A stretch of 64,000 bases of DNA from Balanoglossus misakiensis (Eukaryota > Animalia > Hemichordata). A model generated the notes under the pieces. That model was not told where the DNA came from. It worked only from the letters and a program-made list of their open reading frames with translations, and searched no databases. Where the stretch lies: assembly GCA_040954595.2 (NCBI GenBank), contig CM082582.2, positions 11,213,483-11,277,482 of the forward strand. The letters are read 5' to 3'. Shown in pieces: positions 33,533 to 45,659 of the stretch. Numbering within the stretch: the first letter of the stretch is position 1; each line of letters begins with the position of its first letter. The translations under genes were made by a program, and so were the position numbers.

Positions 33533-36500
33533 CTGAAAAAGTTGTCGTGTACAGTTATTGACATTGATACAGAAATTGAGAGGGAGAGACAGAGACACTG
33601 ACTTTTCATTTTGTTTTCAGGAACTGTTCGTTCAGGCGTGTGTATCATTCCTGAAGAGGAGAGCCCCACAAGTGTTGGGTGGCCTGATTGACAAGCCAGA
33701 AATAGGACCCAAAGCCGGACAGTTACCACCGGAAACCATAGGAACCATGCTGGCCTGTATACAGGCGTGTGTAGGGTGAGTGGAAAAATCGGTTATGATA
33801 ATTATACATTATTTTGTTATAACTTGTATGTCATACTTTTATATCATATATCATCCTATCGTAGGTAGACATATGTTCTGTGTTTGCGATAGATGGATTA
33901 TATACTTGGTGCCGAATACAGCAGTCATTGTTAGAACACCATCCCCCAAATCATGAAAATATCTCTCTCCTAAGGTTTCACTTGAAACAAACTCTATTTT
34001 GGGTTATTTGCAGTTCTGTTCAGCAAGAGTTATCAGAGACCATTCTCACCATGGTAGCTAACTCAAGCGGCTTACTGAAAGCCAGGCAACCACCTCCAGG
34101 GGTGATACAGAATGTTACCAAGACCACCCAGGCACCGGCCATCACTGGCTTCCCAGGAATCGGATCACAAGTGAGTGTAAGGCTCAATTTGTAATTAATG
34201 TGCCTAGTGTAAAATTGCTTTTCTCTATCTGCCGATGCTTCTATGTTTTCTAAGAGAGGAGGTTACTAGGGCAATCTCAAGGCCACTGCTTTTGACAGTC
34301 CTCGCCAGAGTTTATTGGGTTTCTTGAAAGTACCGGTAGTCACCTAAAAATGTTCTGTGTTTATTCCCTTCCAGCCAATGGACCCACTCAGCAGCATATC
34401 GTCGCTAAGCAGCCCAGGATTGTCGGGTTTCCCTTCCCACTTGGGTGGCGGCGGTTCTCTGACCACACCACAGTCGCCCCAGAAGCAGTTCCCGGTGGGC
34501 AACACAGGGCTTTCATCTATGTCATCACTCTCCAGTCAGCTGCCTTCAGCCTTCGGTGGTGGCGGTGAGTGCACAATAGTGTTTATGTGTATGTGTGTGG
34601 GCTTAGTGAGAGCAGTTACAATAATAACTGAAGTATGCTGTGGTAATGTAATGTTAGTACATTTGAATTTGCTTCAGTGCAAGGGGTTGTCCATTTCACC
34701 TATCGCCTCTTCCTGTCACAGGTGTGTCAACGCTTGGCAATAACATGATGGCGAGTGCCGGAGGAACAGATCCGTTCAAACTATCCCGGCCATCCAGCTT
34801 AGGGGGCTTGAGCACGTCCGCTGCTCAGGCATTTGCACAAGCAAGTGCCAAAACCACAACCACAGCTGCACTCAGACCAGGTGAGCTGGAACCAAAGAAC
34901 TTTAGTAGTAAGTTCATTTTCATTTATTCCACTAGACTAGGGTGTGTGTGTGTGCACCTGCCCGCCACCCAGAGATCCTCATCCTCCCTGACAACCCCCC
35001 TGCAACAAAATGAATGACAGTCAGTATCTCTTCGTCTGTCTGTCTGTCTCTCTCTCAATTTTTGCATCAGTCACAATTTTTATTTTTGCTCAGTAACGTC
35101 CAACTGATCACAAGCTGTTAGTACATGCAACAGTGCACGATTTTTTTGCCACAGGTGATTTATCCAACATATGGCCGGAGATGAACCAGACCTTCTCCAA
35201 GGAAATTGACGATGAAGCCAACAGCTACTTCCAGAAGATCTACAATCAGCCGCCGGAACCTACCATGTCTGTTGACGAGGTCTTGGACATGCTCAAGAGG
35301 TTTAAAGACTCCCCCGTCAAGAAAGAAAGGGTAAGCTTGCTGTAGCTGTTACAGAAATGTTTATTTTCACAAAATTCTAGTTTTCAAAGGGAGAATAGTG
35401 AAATGGTATACTGAATATACAGCGATTTATTTTCTTTGGAAATTAAAAATACTAGAGGGAAATTAATGGTGACTTTCTGACTTTTTTTTTTGACAGGAGG
35501 TGTTTCTGTGCATGCTTCGTAACCTGTTTGAAGAGTACAGGTTTTTCCCCCAGTATCCGGACAGAGAATTACATATCACTGCCTGTTTGTTTGGTGGAAT
35601 TGTTGAACAAGGCCTTGTCACGTAAGTCACTTTCCTGGTTGTAAAAATGTGTGTTGTGTTGAATTTGCGAGTTTCTGATACATATGATAGGCAGTGATTA
35701 AGCCAACTTTCAAAGATGTCCATTCCTTTGATCAATGCACAGGTACATGGCACTGGGCATTGCACTCCGCTATGTCCTGGAAGCACTGCGCAAGCCCCAC
35801 GGAAGCAAGATGTATTATTTTGGCATAGCATCCCTGGATAGGTTCAAGACCAGGCTCAAAGACTACCCCCAGTATTGTCAGCATCTAGCATCAATACCGC
35901 ATTTCAGCCAGTTTCCAGAAAATCTTGTTGAGGTAATGTAAAAATGTCTATTGTTACCTGTGTTGAATTCTAAACCTGTTAGTGGTATTCATGTTTTAGC
36001 CATTAACGCCGTTTTACTGGGAAAAAAGAAACAATTACTGTGAAACAAGATCAGGACAAAAGCCAATTTTGAATTTGGTTACTGAGATGTACATAGGTGT
36101 ATTCCATTTACGCTATGTTGAAAAGATTGGGTGTCTTTCGCACAGTTGTGTGACTTTCTCCCTTTTTGTTTGTCTCAACAGCATGTTCAGTATGGGCAGC
36201 AGTCGAGGGAGCCACCGGCAAGAGTTCCGACGACTCCAACGCCGACGACCACAACAGCACCAATCCTGACGGCACCAGCTGCGGCCAAAACAACAGCGAC
36301 TACAACCACCACGACTGCCACTACAACAGCGACACCGACAACAAAGGCGGTCAGTAAAACCACAACAGCAATCAAAGGAACGAGGGAGGTCCCGGTAAGT
36401 GTCATGTTGTTACTCAGAATCATCGCTAAAACCAAATTGAAAGAATGTATGGTTTTAATCAGACAGCTCTGATTGTGATTTCTAAGTGATGAGTAAACAC

Positions 36501-39500
36501 CCCCCCCCCCCACTTGCTTGTCTCCAGTCTGACAGATGATCTTTATTTTTCAACTTCCAGCCTTCCATCGCAAGTACAACCAACATTGATACTTTGCTGA
36601 CGAATGCACCATTGGAGGAGAATCCAGAACCACCGGAGGCAATGCAAGATAAAATTTTCTTCATATTCAATAACTTGTCTCAGTCCAACTTACAGCAGAA
36701 GGTAAGACATATGAGGACGATCTTTTTGAATTTACTATTGTTGCCATTATAGTGTTGGCGATTGTTTTACAATACCTTCTGTTGACTTTCAAACACAGTG
36801 TGACGAACTGAAGGACATCATCACTGAGGAATACCTGCCGTGGGTTGCCCAGTATCTGGTGCAGAAGAGGGCCAGCATAGAGCCTAACTTCCACATGCTG
36901 TACGCCAACTATCTGGAGGTTCTGAAGATGAACAAGTGCATCGACATGGTCCTGAAGGAAACCTACAGGAACATCAAGGTGGTGAGTTTTATTGTCTCCC
37001 GCCACGCATGGTCATTTGGGAAGTCGCTCATGGCATTCGCTGTAATTCTTAAAATATCCATGTGCATTGCACACTTCATGCTGCTTTGGAGAATCCATCA
37101 ATCGTGCCATGCAGCTGTACTTTAGTGACTAACATTGCATGCTACATGTAACAGATCATAACACTTCATTGCTTCGCCTGTATCAGCTAACCATCCATGA
37201 TTAGCAGAGGCATTTTTATATGACTTCGGAAATTGCTCTTCAATTTGTCAGCAGTTTAACTTGACCTGTCCTATCTGCTGGGTTATGTGCCCTTTACAAA
37301 TGACGATAGTGATTCATGTCACGTGACTTACACTGTGTTCCTCATTGTCATTCTGTGCCAGGTGCTGCTGAACTCCAACAAGAGCAGTGCCAACTACTCT
37401 GACCGAACCATACTGAAGAACCTGGGTCACTGGTTAGGCATGCTCACCCTCTACAAGAACAAACCCATCCTACAGATAGTAAGTGTGACTTTTCGGATTA
37501 TACTTTTGGGTGCTGTACATTGTGATCCTTGCTGTAGAGAACTTCCACTAATTCCTTGTGTCCTTTTCCCCCCAGGATTTGGATTTGAAATCTCTGCTTC
37601 TTGAAGCATTTTTCAAAGGCCAGCAAGAGCTGTTGTATGTGGTTCCGTTTGTGGCAAAAGTGTTGGAATCCTGTGCCAAGAGTAAGGTGTTCAAGCCACC
37701 CAACCCATGGACGATGGGTATCATGAATGTGATGGCAGAGATGCATAAGGAACATGATCTGAAGGTGTGTTGAAGTCTTGATTGTAGACAGTTTTTTGAG
37801 CTGAAATTGTCCATTCTTAATTACCAAAGTCTGTACCTGAGACTATCCATACGTGATGTCTGAACATCGATTTGGAGAAATGTACGAAAATGATGAGAAC
37901 TTCATTTCAGTCTGATGTTTGGTTCATCCAAACTTATGCAGACAATGAGGCTTACTTTCTGATCCGTACTAATGTTCACATCTGATTGATGACTGTGTGT
38001 ACTGGTAGTGTCTAAAAAGAAGGTCGAATAAAGCTAGTGTAATGTTTGACTGAAATAATATGTGACCTGATAACTAATCTACCCTTCTCGTGTTCACAGC
38101 TCAATCTCAAGTTTGAAATAGAAGTTTTGTGCAAGACCCTCAATCTGGATATCAATGTAAGTGCAGACATTTTCATGCCGTTTGTAAGTTTTGAGGATAG
38201 TGTGTGGAGATGAAGAAAATTTTACATAAGTCTGAAGTTTAGTTTTTATCTAAACTTGAATGTAGACACATGAGGCTTACTTTCAGATCCAAACAAAACA
38301 CTTTTTAATGGGTGGATGCTTGGCATTTTTCGTCCCTGTGAAGAAAGAAAAATCAAAGTTTTGTTTATTTTCCAGGATTTGCAGCCGGGAAGCATTCTCC
38401 AGGATGCAGAGAGGCTCACAAAACTCCAAGAACAGCTCATGTCCCCAGAAGCGAAAGCGGAAGACGTCATCATCACCACGACGGCCACGGCAGCTATCAC
38501 TACGCCAGCTGAGACAACCACCATGGCTGTTCCTACAACCACCACTACGACCACCACAGCCAGCACGCCGGCACCTCCACAGCCACAGTTCAGTTTCCAC
38601 GATCTGAATGTGACGTCACTCGCAGGGTTGGCACCTCACATTGCAGTCAACAATCAGATTGCATTGTTCCAAGCCAACTTGGCCATGAGGCAGTGTGTTC
38701 GACCATCAGTGGAGCGGGCTGTTCAGGAACTGGTGCATCCTGTGGTTGAAAGGTCCATCAAGATAGCCATGACAACATGTGAACAGATTGTGAAAAAGGT
38801 TAGGTGATGTGACTTGGGAGAAAAAGTCCATTCCTTTTTGAAATTGCCGTTGAATGGCACCCTGGAATAACTAGAAAAAATACCTCTCATTGTCTCTTTC
38901 AGGACTTCGCTCTGGACCCTGAGGAGTCTCGCATGCGTGCTGCAGCCCATCACATGGTGCGCAACCTGACAGCTGGTATGGCCATGATCACCTGCAGAGA
39001 ACCTCTCATGGTCAGCATTAGCAACAACTTCAAAAACAACTGCCTGACTACACTCAAGGTAGGCATGTGTGTACTGTGCAGTGTCTGTAGAGTAAGTCTG
39101 TGGTCAGTTGTATGGCACAACAGATATCCCAACTCACCAGTGTAATTTTCAGTGACCTGTGCTGTTAATTTCACCACTTATCCCAGTCATCTCGTCTTCC
39201 AGGGTGCAACTCCACAGCAGAAGGAGATGATCGAGCAGGCTGCCACGGTTGTTGCCACGGAGAATGTGGAACTAGCATGTGCTTTCATTCAAAAGTGTGC
39301 GGTTGAGAAAGCGGTGCCAGAAATGGACAAGAGGCTGGCAACGGTGAGTGGAATGTTTTCTGGGAACTTGTCACATTTCGTTGCTGTTCAGTGTCACCAT
39401 TAATATAATTTAAAGACTTTGAAAATTTTATTGTGTTCCCAGTACATTATTTACTGATTTCTGTGGTTGGTGTGTTTGCTTCACAGGAGTTTGATCTGAG

Positions 39501-42500
39501 AAAGCATGCAAGAAATGAAGGAAGACGTTACTGTGACCCGGTTGTCTTGACATATCAAGCTGAGAGAATGCCAGAACAAATCAGACTGAAGGTGAGGTTT
39601 TTCACAGAATAGATGTGACTTCTGCAGGTTGCAGAAGGGATGTCATGGAAACTACCGAATGCGGTGCCTCTCAAAGATTCTCTTCTGAAAGACAATGACC
39701 CTTATTCACAGCCCTGATTATTATAAAATCTCTCGTTTCATGCTGTTTAGGTTGGTGGCGTGACACCCAACCAAACTGCCGTCTACGAAGAGTTTGCCCG
39801 CAATATCCCCGGATTCCTTCCGACCAATGACGCCAGTCAGCCAACGGGTTTCTTAGCGAAACCCATGCAGGTAACAGCAAAGGTAGCAGGAGTTATCCAA
39901 CCTTTCTTTCATTGTGTGCCTCCCCTGAGTCGGAGGTTGCTGTGAAATGGCTGTGTTTCTGCATAGGAGTCGCGTGTTGTATGCAACATTGCATATATCC
40001 CCAAAATGTGTTTATTATTTTGATTTCAACATCCCTTCTCCCAGTCCTTGTATTTTGTCCTGATGCTATTGTCAGCTTTCTTTTTTAGCTAGATCACATT
40101 GGTGGCTTTTTAATTTCTTTTGTTCAAAGCTTGTGTTGTTCCAAGCCAAGCGTCAAAATTGTGAGTTTCTCCCCGCAATCCCCCCCCCCCCCAAAAGTGT
40201 AGCTTTGTCATTGCCAGCAGTGTGCTTGTGATGCAATATGTTATTCCCAGTTTGTAGCAATTACAATGTCTGTCATGCTGTGGATACTGCAGAGCTCATT
40301 GGAATCAGATGCAACATTGCTTTATCACAGATGCTACAGCCAATGTATGTTCACATAAGTGAGTTATTGATGTGGACAATACCAGTACATGTAGGTTTCT
40401 GTGGTAAGGCAAAGAAGTCTGTTTCCAATGTTTGTCATCTCTGCAACCTGCATCACGGCAGACAGAAAGGTGATCCTATCTCCTATGTGGCGCATGGCTT
40501 ATTGCAGAGGTTTGGTAACTTTTACTAACCACATTTTCATTTATTTATTTTTAATCCTGGTGTTTTGTGTGCAGCATTTTTTCGTGTGTGAATTGCCAAG
40601 TGTGTCAGCATTGCCAATATGTCTTTTGCTGAATTTACACATATCTGTGATTTCCAATCAAATAGCTACAAAAATCATGACATGTATCTAACTGAGAACA
40701 TGCACATTCAGTGAGATGACTGTGTTGCTATATGTCATACACTGACCTCTTGTTTTGTGAGAACCAAATTTCAGTGCATACGAGTTCATTGATGTCAGAG
40801 AATTTCTAATTAACCACAATGACACGATTATCCCCTGTAGTCATATGCTACTGATGAGATCACCCAGATCTACGACAAATGTGCTGCCGACATCGAACAG
40901 TATATACACGCTGCTGTAGCGCCCCCTAACAGCCCACTTGTGCAAGCGATGCACAGTCTACTGGAAGCGGTTCTGCTGGCCAGAAACTCCAGGGAGATAG
41001 TCACAGCCCTTGCACTCTTGCAGAAAGTAAGTACCTGGACATACAGCATGTCTATGTACAATGATGGAAAGATACTGTAATAGTTCTGGCAGTTGTCCAT
41101 GCATCTGCGATTGTCGAAGCCCTGTAAGCATGAATACAGACACCGTAACAAGTTCACCTTCAAAGTGTATTTGCTGTATTTTTATTGCAGGCTGTTGAGG
41201 GACTGTTGGAGGGTTTGAACCCTCAGATGGCAACTGACCCTGACCTGACAATCAGGTTCCGAGACTGTCACCTTTTAGTGCTCAAAGCTTTACAAGACCA
41301 CAGGGCTTACGGGCCACAATGGACCAACAAGCAGGTGACAAGGTGAGCTTCACATTACTAGATAATGTTCAGACTATGATTGTGTGTCTGAGTTTGTGAC
41401 ATGTTGTGCACCAGTTCCTGTAAGAAGATGAAAACTGAATTGTACTGAAGTTGTGGGTTTGTTTTCATGTACAGGGTGCTGTGTGAAACCCGAACGGATA
41501 GCAAGTACAACATAGAGGCTGTGGACTGTCTGATGAGAAACCATCTTGTGAATTTACAAGCATATGACATGCACCTAGCACAGGTGAGTCGATAATGTGT
41601 TTTGCATATTGAGAAAGCCAGGTGTAAAAGGGGGATTGTGGGTTGATATTCAATGTTGGATGATTGTCAGTTAAGTGCTCACTTTGATGTGTTTGATATT
41701 TTCAGTCGTTGGAGAATGGTTTGAATTTCCTAGCCGTGGCATTTGCAATGCAGCTTGTCAAGTATTACCTGATTGATGAGAAGATGAGTAACGTGTGCAA
41801 TGAAGCGGATCTCTTCAACACCTTGCAGACGCTTGTCAGGATTGCCTCACATTCAGCCAATCCTCCTGAAGGGTAAGGCAAAGCAATATGTTCTCTTGAA
41901 ATGGATATATTTGTGAATTGTTATGCAGCCAGTTATGGTGTCACCAAATGCCCTGGTAGATCATCAAAAAAAATATGCTGAAATTGTTGTTGCTTTCACC
42001 AACACAGCCTAACCCAGCTGGTGGACTTGATACGACAGAACCACGACACTGCCTTCATAGACAAAGCACCAGGTGGTCCAACCTCCATGATGCATTCGGG
42101 CATTTCCCAGGCAAGGGAGTTTGATGACCCTCCGGGTCTGCGGGAGAAGACCGAGTTCCTGCTCAGGGAATGGGTCAATATGTATCATTCGCCAGCTGCA
42201 GGGAAAGATAGTACTAAAGCGTTTTCAGCTTTTGTCGGACAGGTATGGATTTGCCTTGATCCTTCTTCAGTGTTGTGGCGTCAATTTCTTAGTTTGTATA
42301 TTTCGTCAGTCCCTTATCAGTGACAGTGAAATCACATAGCAAAAGTTTATTTATTTCTCCTTCATTGCTCTCTTGTCTATAGATGCACCAGCAGGGAATC
42401 TTGAAGACAGACGACTTGATCACCAGGTTCTTCCGTCTCTGCACCGAGATGTGTGTCGAGTTGTGTTACAGAGCTTTAGCAGAGCAGTCTGCCCACAACC

Positions 42501-45500
42501 CTACCTTAATCCGTGCCAAATGTTTCCACACCCTCGATGCTTTTGTCAGGTTGATAGCGTTACTGGTCAAACACTCTGGTGATGCCACCAACACTGTAAC
42601 CAAGATCAACCTCCTTAATAAGGTCAGTTGGTTTGTGCATATTTAGTGAGTTAAGGGGTCACTTGCACTTTCACTTTTATCTATCTGTAGTTTTAGATGG
42701 GTTTGGTTCAATTGGTATAGCTGATCTGGGATGTTAACAGCCATGTATTGTGTTGTGTATAACTTTATCTTATTCAAGTTATTATGTCATTGAGTGTCAC
42801 TTTCATGAGAATCTGGTGAATATTAAATTTTTTTGGCATATTTGATACTTCTCAAACCATGCAATTTTTCGCATCATTCTGTGTACATCTGGACGTGATG
42901 AAATTCATGACACAAGATCTGAATTTTCTGTGTTGCTCATGTTACCGTTTTCTGATCCAGAAATCTTCCAAGAAAATTGCTGGCTCAACAGAACACATAC
43001 TGCGGCAAAGCCAAAAATTAAATAGCTCACACTTCACTCTTTTTTCTATGCACACAAAACCTCAGTGGTTTTTGCTTCTTTCGCAGGTGCTTGGTATCGT
43101 GGCTGGTGTGCTGCTTCAAGACCACGAGACCAGACACACTGATTTCCAACAACTGCCTTACCATCGTATTTTCATCATGCTGCTCCTGGAACTCAATGCA
43201 CCTGAACATGTACTGGAGAGTATCAACTACCAAGTACTAACTGCTTTCTGGTAAGTAGTACTATACCTATTCCATTAAGCCACAGGAGCATACTTTCGGC
43301 CAATCAAGTCAACAAATAATGTATTTGTTGGTATTGAACTGTGATGAAATGAGCAAAAAGTAGAACACTTTTCATGTGAAATCGTTCTCTCTTGCAGTAA
43401 TGCCTTCCATGTGCTGCGCCCCAGCAAAGCACCGGGCTTTGCCTACTCCTGGTTGGAACTCATATCACACAGGATATTCATCGCAAGAATGCTAGCAATA
43501 CTACCCCAGCAGAAGGTAAACACCCTTGATTGTGTTCTTTCAATAGGGCAGTGCTTAGTGGCAAATGGGGTCTTATGCGGTGAAATTACATTCACCCAAA
43601 ATCTTTTCATGAGTTCATGTCAATACACAAGACATCAATTACAAAAATTAAACTTCATTGGCTGTATTATTTCAGGGTTGGCCAATGTACGCCCAGCTGT
43701 TGATCGATCTGTTCAAGTTCCTGGCACCATTCCTCAGAAATGCTGAGCTGGCGAAACATACTACATTACTGTACAAGGTGAGTTTCCCAGAATCTGTCAT
43801 TTATTTGACATCGTAGAATGGCACTTGCAATGAAATAACACATGCGGACAGTGTTTGCCAATTCGCCCGAGAGAAGAGAGAGACATGGCTCGATTCACCA
43901 AACATTCATTCTAATCGATTTTGTTCTTACCACTCCAGGGTACTCTACGTGTGCTACTGGTCCTACTCCACGACTTCCCGGAATTCCTCTGTGACTACCA
44001 CTATGGGTTCTGCGACGTCATCCCACCAAACTGCATCCAGATGCGCAATCTGATTCTCAGTGCTTTCCCAAGGAACATGCGGCTTCCCGATCCCTTCACT
44101 CCAAACCTCAAGGTGGACATGCTGAGCGAGATTGCTCACCCGCCCCGTATCCTCACAAACTTTGCTGCCATGATACAGCCTGCGTCTTTCAAGAAGGTAA
44201 GTCAACCACCACAATGGTATACACACATTTTCTAGCCAGGAGGGCAATAGCATACAGCTGTCTACTCGATGGAATGTGATGAAATTCATGACACAGGATC
44301 TGAATATTCTCTGTGGCTCATGTTACCGTTTTCTGATCCAGAACTACAATTGTTGTGTGGACATGCTCATCTTTTTCCTAAGTTGATTTTAAATAGTGCC
44401 ATCTGTTTGTCTTCCACAGGATCTTGATTCCTATCTCAAAACCCGGTCGCCGGTAACATTCTTGTCGGAGTTACGAAGTCACCTCCAAGTGTCGCACGAA
44501 CCCGGTGTGAGGTACAACATACCCCTCATGAACGCACTGGTCCTCTACGTCGGATCACAAGCCATCGCTTACATCCACAGTAAAGGAAGCACACCCTCTA
44601 TGAGTACAATAACGCATTCGTCACACATGGATATATTCCAGAACCTTGCAGTTGACCTTGACACAGAAGGTGAGCATTTGGATCTGAGAGCATCAACAGT
44701 AGTAGCTGACTTAGTTTTGGATCATTTTGCAATCTAAAATGTGTGCTAACTTAAAAGATAGGTGTGTGAGATTTTACACTCTGGACATGATGATATTTAT
44801 GACACAGGATCTGAATATTCTCTGTGGCTTATGTTACCGTTTTCTGATCCAGAACTTTTTTGTAGACTTGCGCATCGTTTTGCTATCTTGCTGAGTGAAA
44901 CCAGTGACTCCTTGGCTTGTGTGAACTGCATCCAATGAGGTTCATTTTGTTCTTTCATTTCAGGTCGCTACTTATTCCTTAACGCAATAGCCAATCAGCT
45001 GAGGTATCCCAACAGTCACACGCACTATTTCAGCTGTACTCTGCTGTACTTGTTTGCTGAAACCAATACCGAAGCTATTCAGGAACAAATAACCAGGTAT
45101 AATTCACCACTCTGTGAAGTTTTGATATGTAAAAGCCACTTGCCAAGTGAAGGATTTTTTCTCGTCGAATGTACTGATAATCTGTTGTAAATGGAATTTT
45201 CTGTGTCAATGCATTCACAAATTAAATGCAATGTGTTTTTACTTTGATTTTTCAGGGTATTATTAGAGCGTCTCATAGTCAACAGGCCTCACCCGTGGGG
45301 TTTACTCATCACATTCATAGAGCTCATCAAGAATCCAAACTTCAAATTCTGGAGCCATGAGTTTGTCCACTGTGCACCTGAAATCGAAAAGTAAGTGTGT
45401 GTATGTTTGGTTGAAAGCGCATTGTTTTTGAAAATATAATTACTGAAAAGATGCTGTCACCCTGTAAGATTTAATCCCTTACCTTGTATGTCAGTTAGCG

Positions 45501-45659
45501 GATGTACTTTGTGTGAGGCTTCGTCTTTCCATCTGATTGATGAAATATTTTTTTTTCTCAAACCCTTTCAGGTTGTTTGAATCTGTGGCGCGTAGCTGTA
45601 TGCAACAGAAGCAAGGGCAAGCACTGACCAGAGAAACAGCAGAAGCACCGGCTTCGTAA
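28653..45659 (+). CDS. CNOT1: CCR4-NOT transcription complex subunit 1, multi-exon
   Basis: Begins [25 protein letters not shown]. Internal motifs [77 protein letters not shown] and [20 protein letters not shown]. Ends ...AEAPAS*. AATAAA at 46227-46232. Confidence 0.97.
33503..33531. repeat. (GAT)n microsatellite in a CNOT1 intron
   Basis: About ten atg/gat units are directly visible. Confidence 0.9.
37882..37969 (+). ncRNA. Intronic box C/D snoRNA candidate, family A copy 1
   Basis: Terminal stem GTACG/CGTAC, box C ATGATGA 37890-37896, D' CTGA 37912-37915, internal hairpin GTTTGG/CCAAAC and box D CTGA 37959-37962. Sense to CNOT1, with a paralogue in the next intron. Confidence 0.75.
38204..38291 (+). 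ncRNA. Intronic box C/D snoRNA candidate, family A copy 2 (variant boxes, possibly decaying)
   Basis: TGGA/TCCA stem, box C variant ATGAAGA, D' CTGA, hairpin GTTTAG/CTAAAC, shared ATGAGGCTTACTTT element and box D variant CAGA. Confidence 0.5.
42888..42961 (+). ncRNA. Intronic box C/D snoRNA candidate, family B copy 1
   Basis: Stem TCTGGA/TCCAGA, box C GTGATGA 42895-42901, D' CTGA 42919-42922 and box D CTGA 42952-42955. Confidence 0.8.
44270..44340 (+). ncRNA. Intronic box C/D snoRNA candidate, family B copy 2
   Basis: Stem TGGA/TCCA, box C GTGATGA 44276-44282, D' CTGA and box D CTGA 44333-44336, about 83 nt before the 3' splice site. Confidence 0.8.
44780..44853 (+). ncRNA. Intronic box C/D snoRNA candidate, family B copy 3
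   Basis: Stem TCTGGA/TCCAGA, box C ATGATGA 44787-44793, D' CTGA and box D CTGA 44844-44847. Confidence 0.8.

Noticed and set aside
34200-34330. Two-hairpin segment as an H/ACA snoRNA in a CNOT1 intron
   Set aside because: No convincing H (ANANNA) or ACA box is present; a covariance-model scan would be needed.
36060-36170. Faint resemblance to SNORA46 (TTACGCT...AAAAGA)
   Set aside because: The matching 5' pocket strand and ACA box are not convincing, and the comparison rests on memory.
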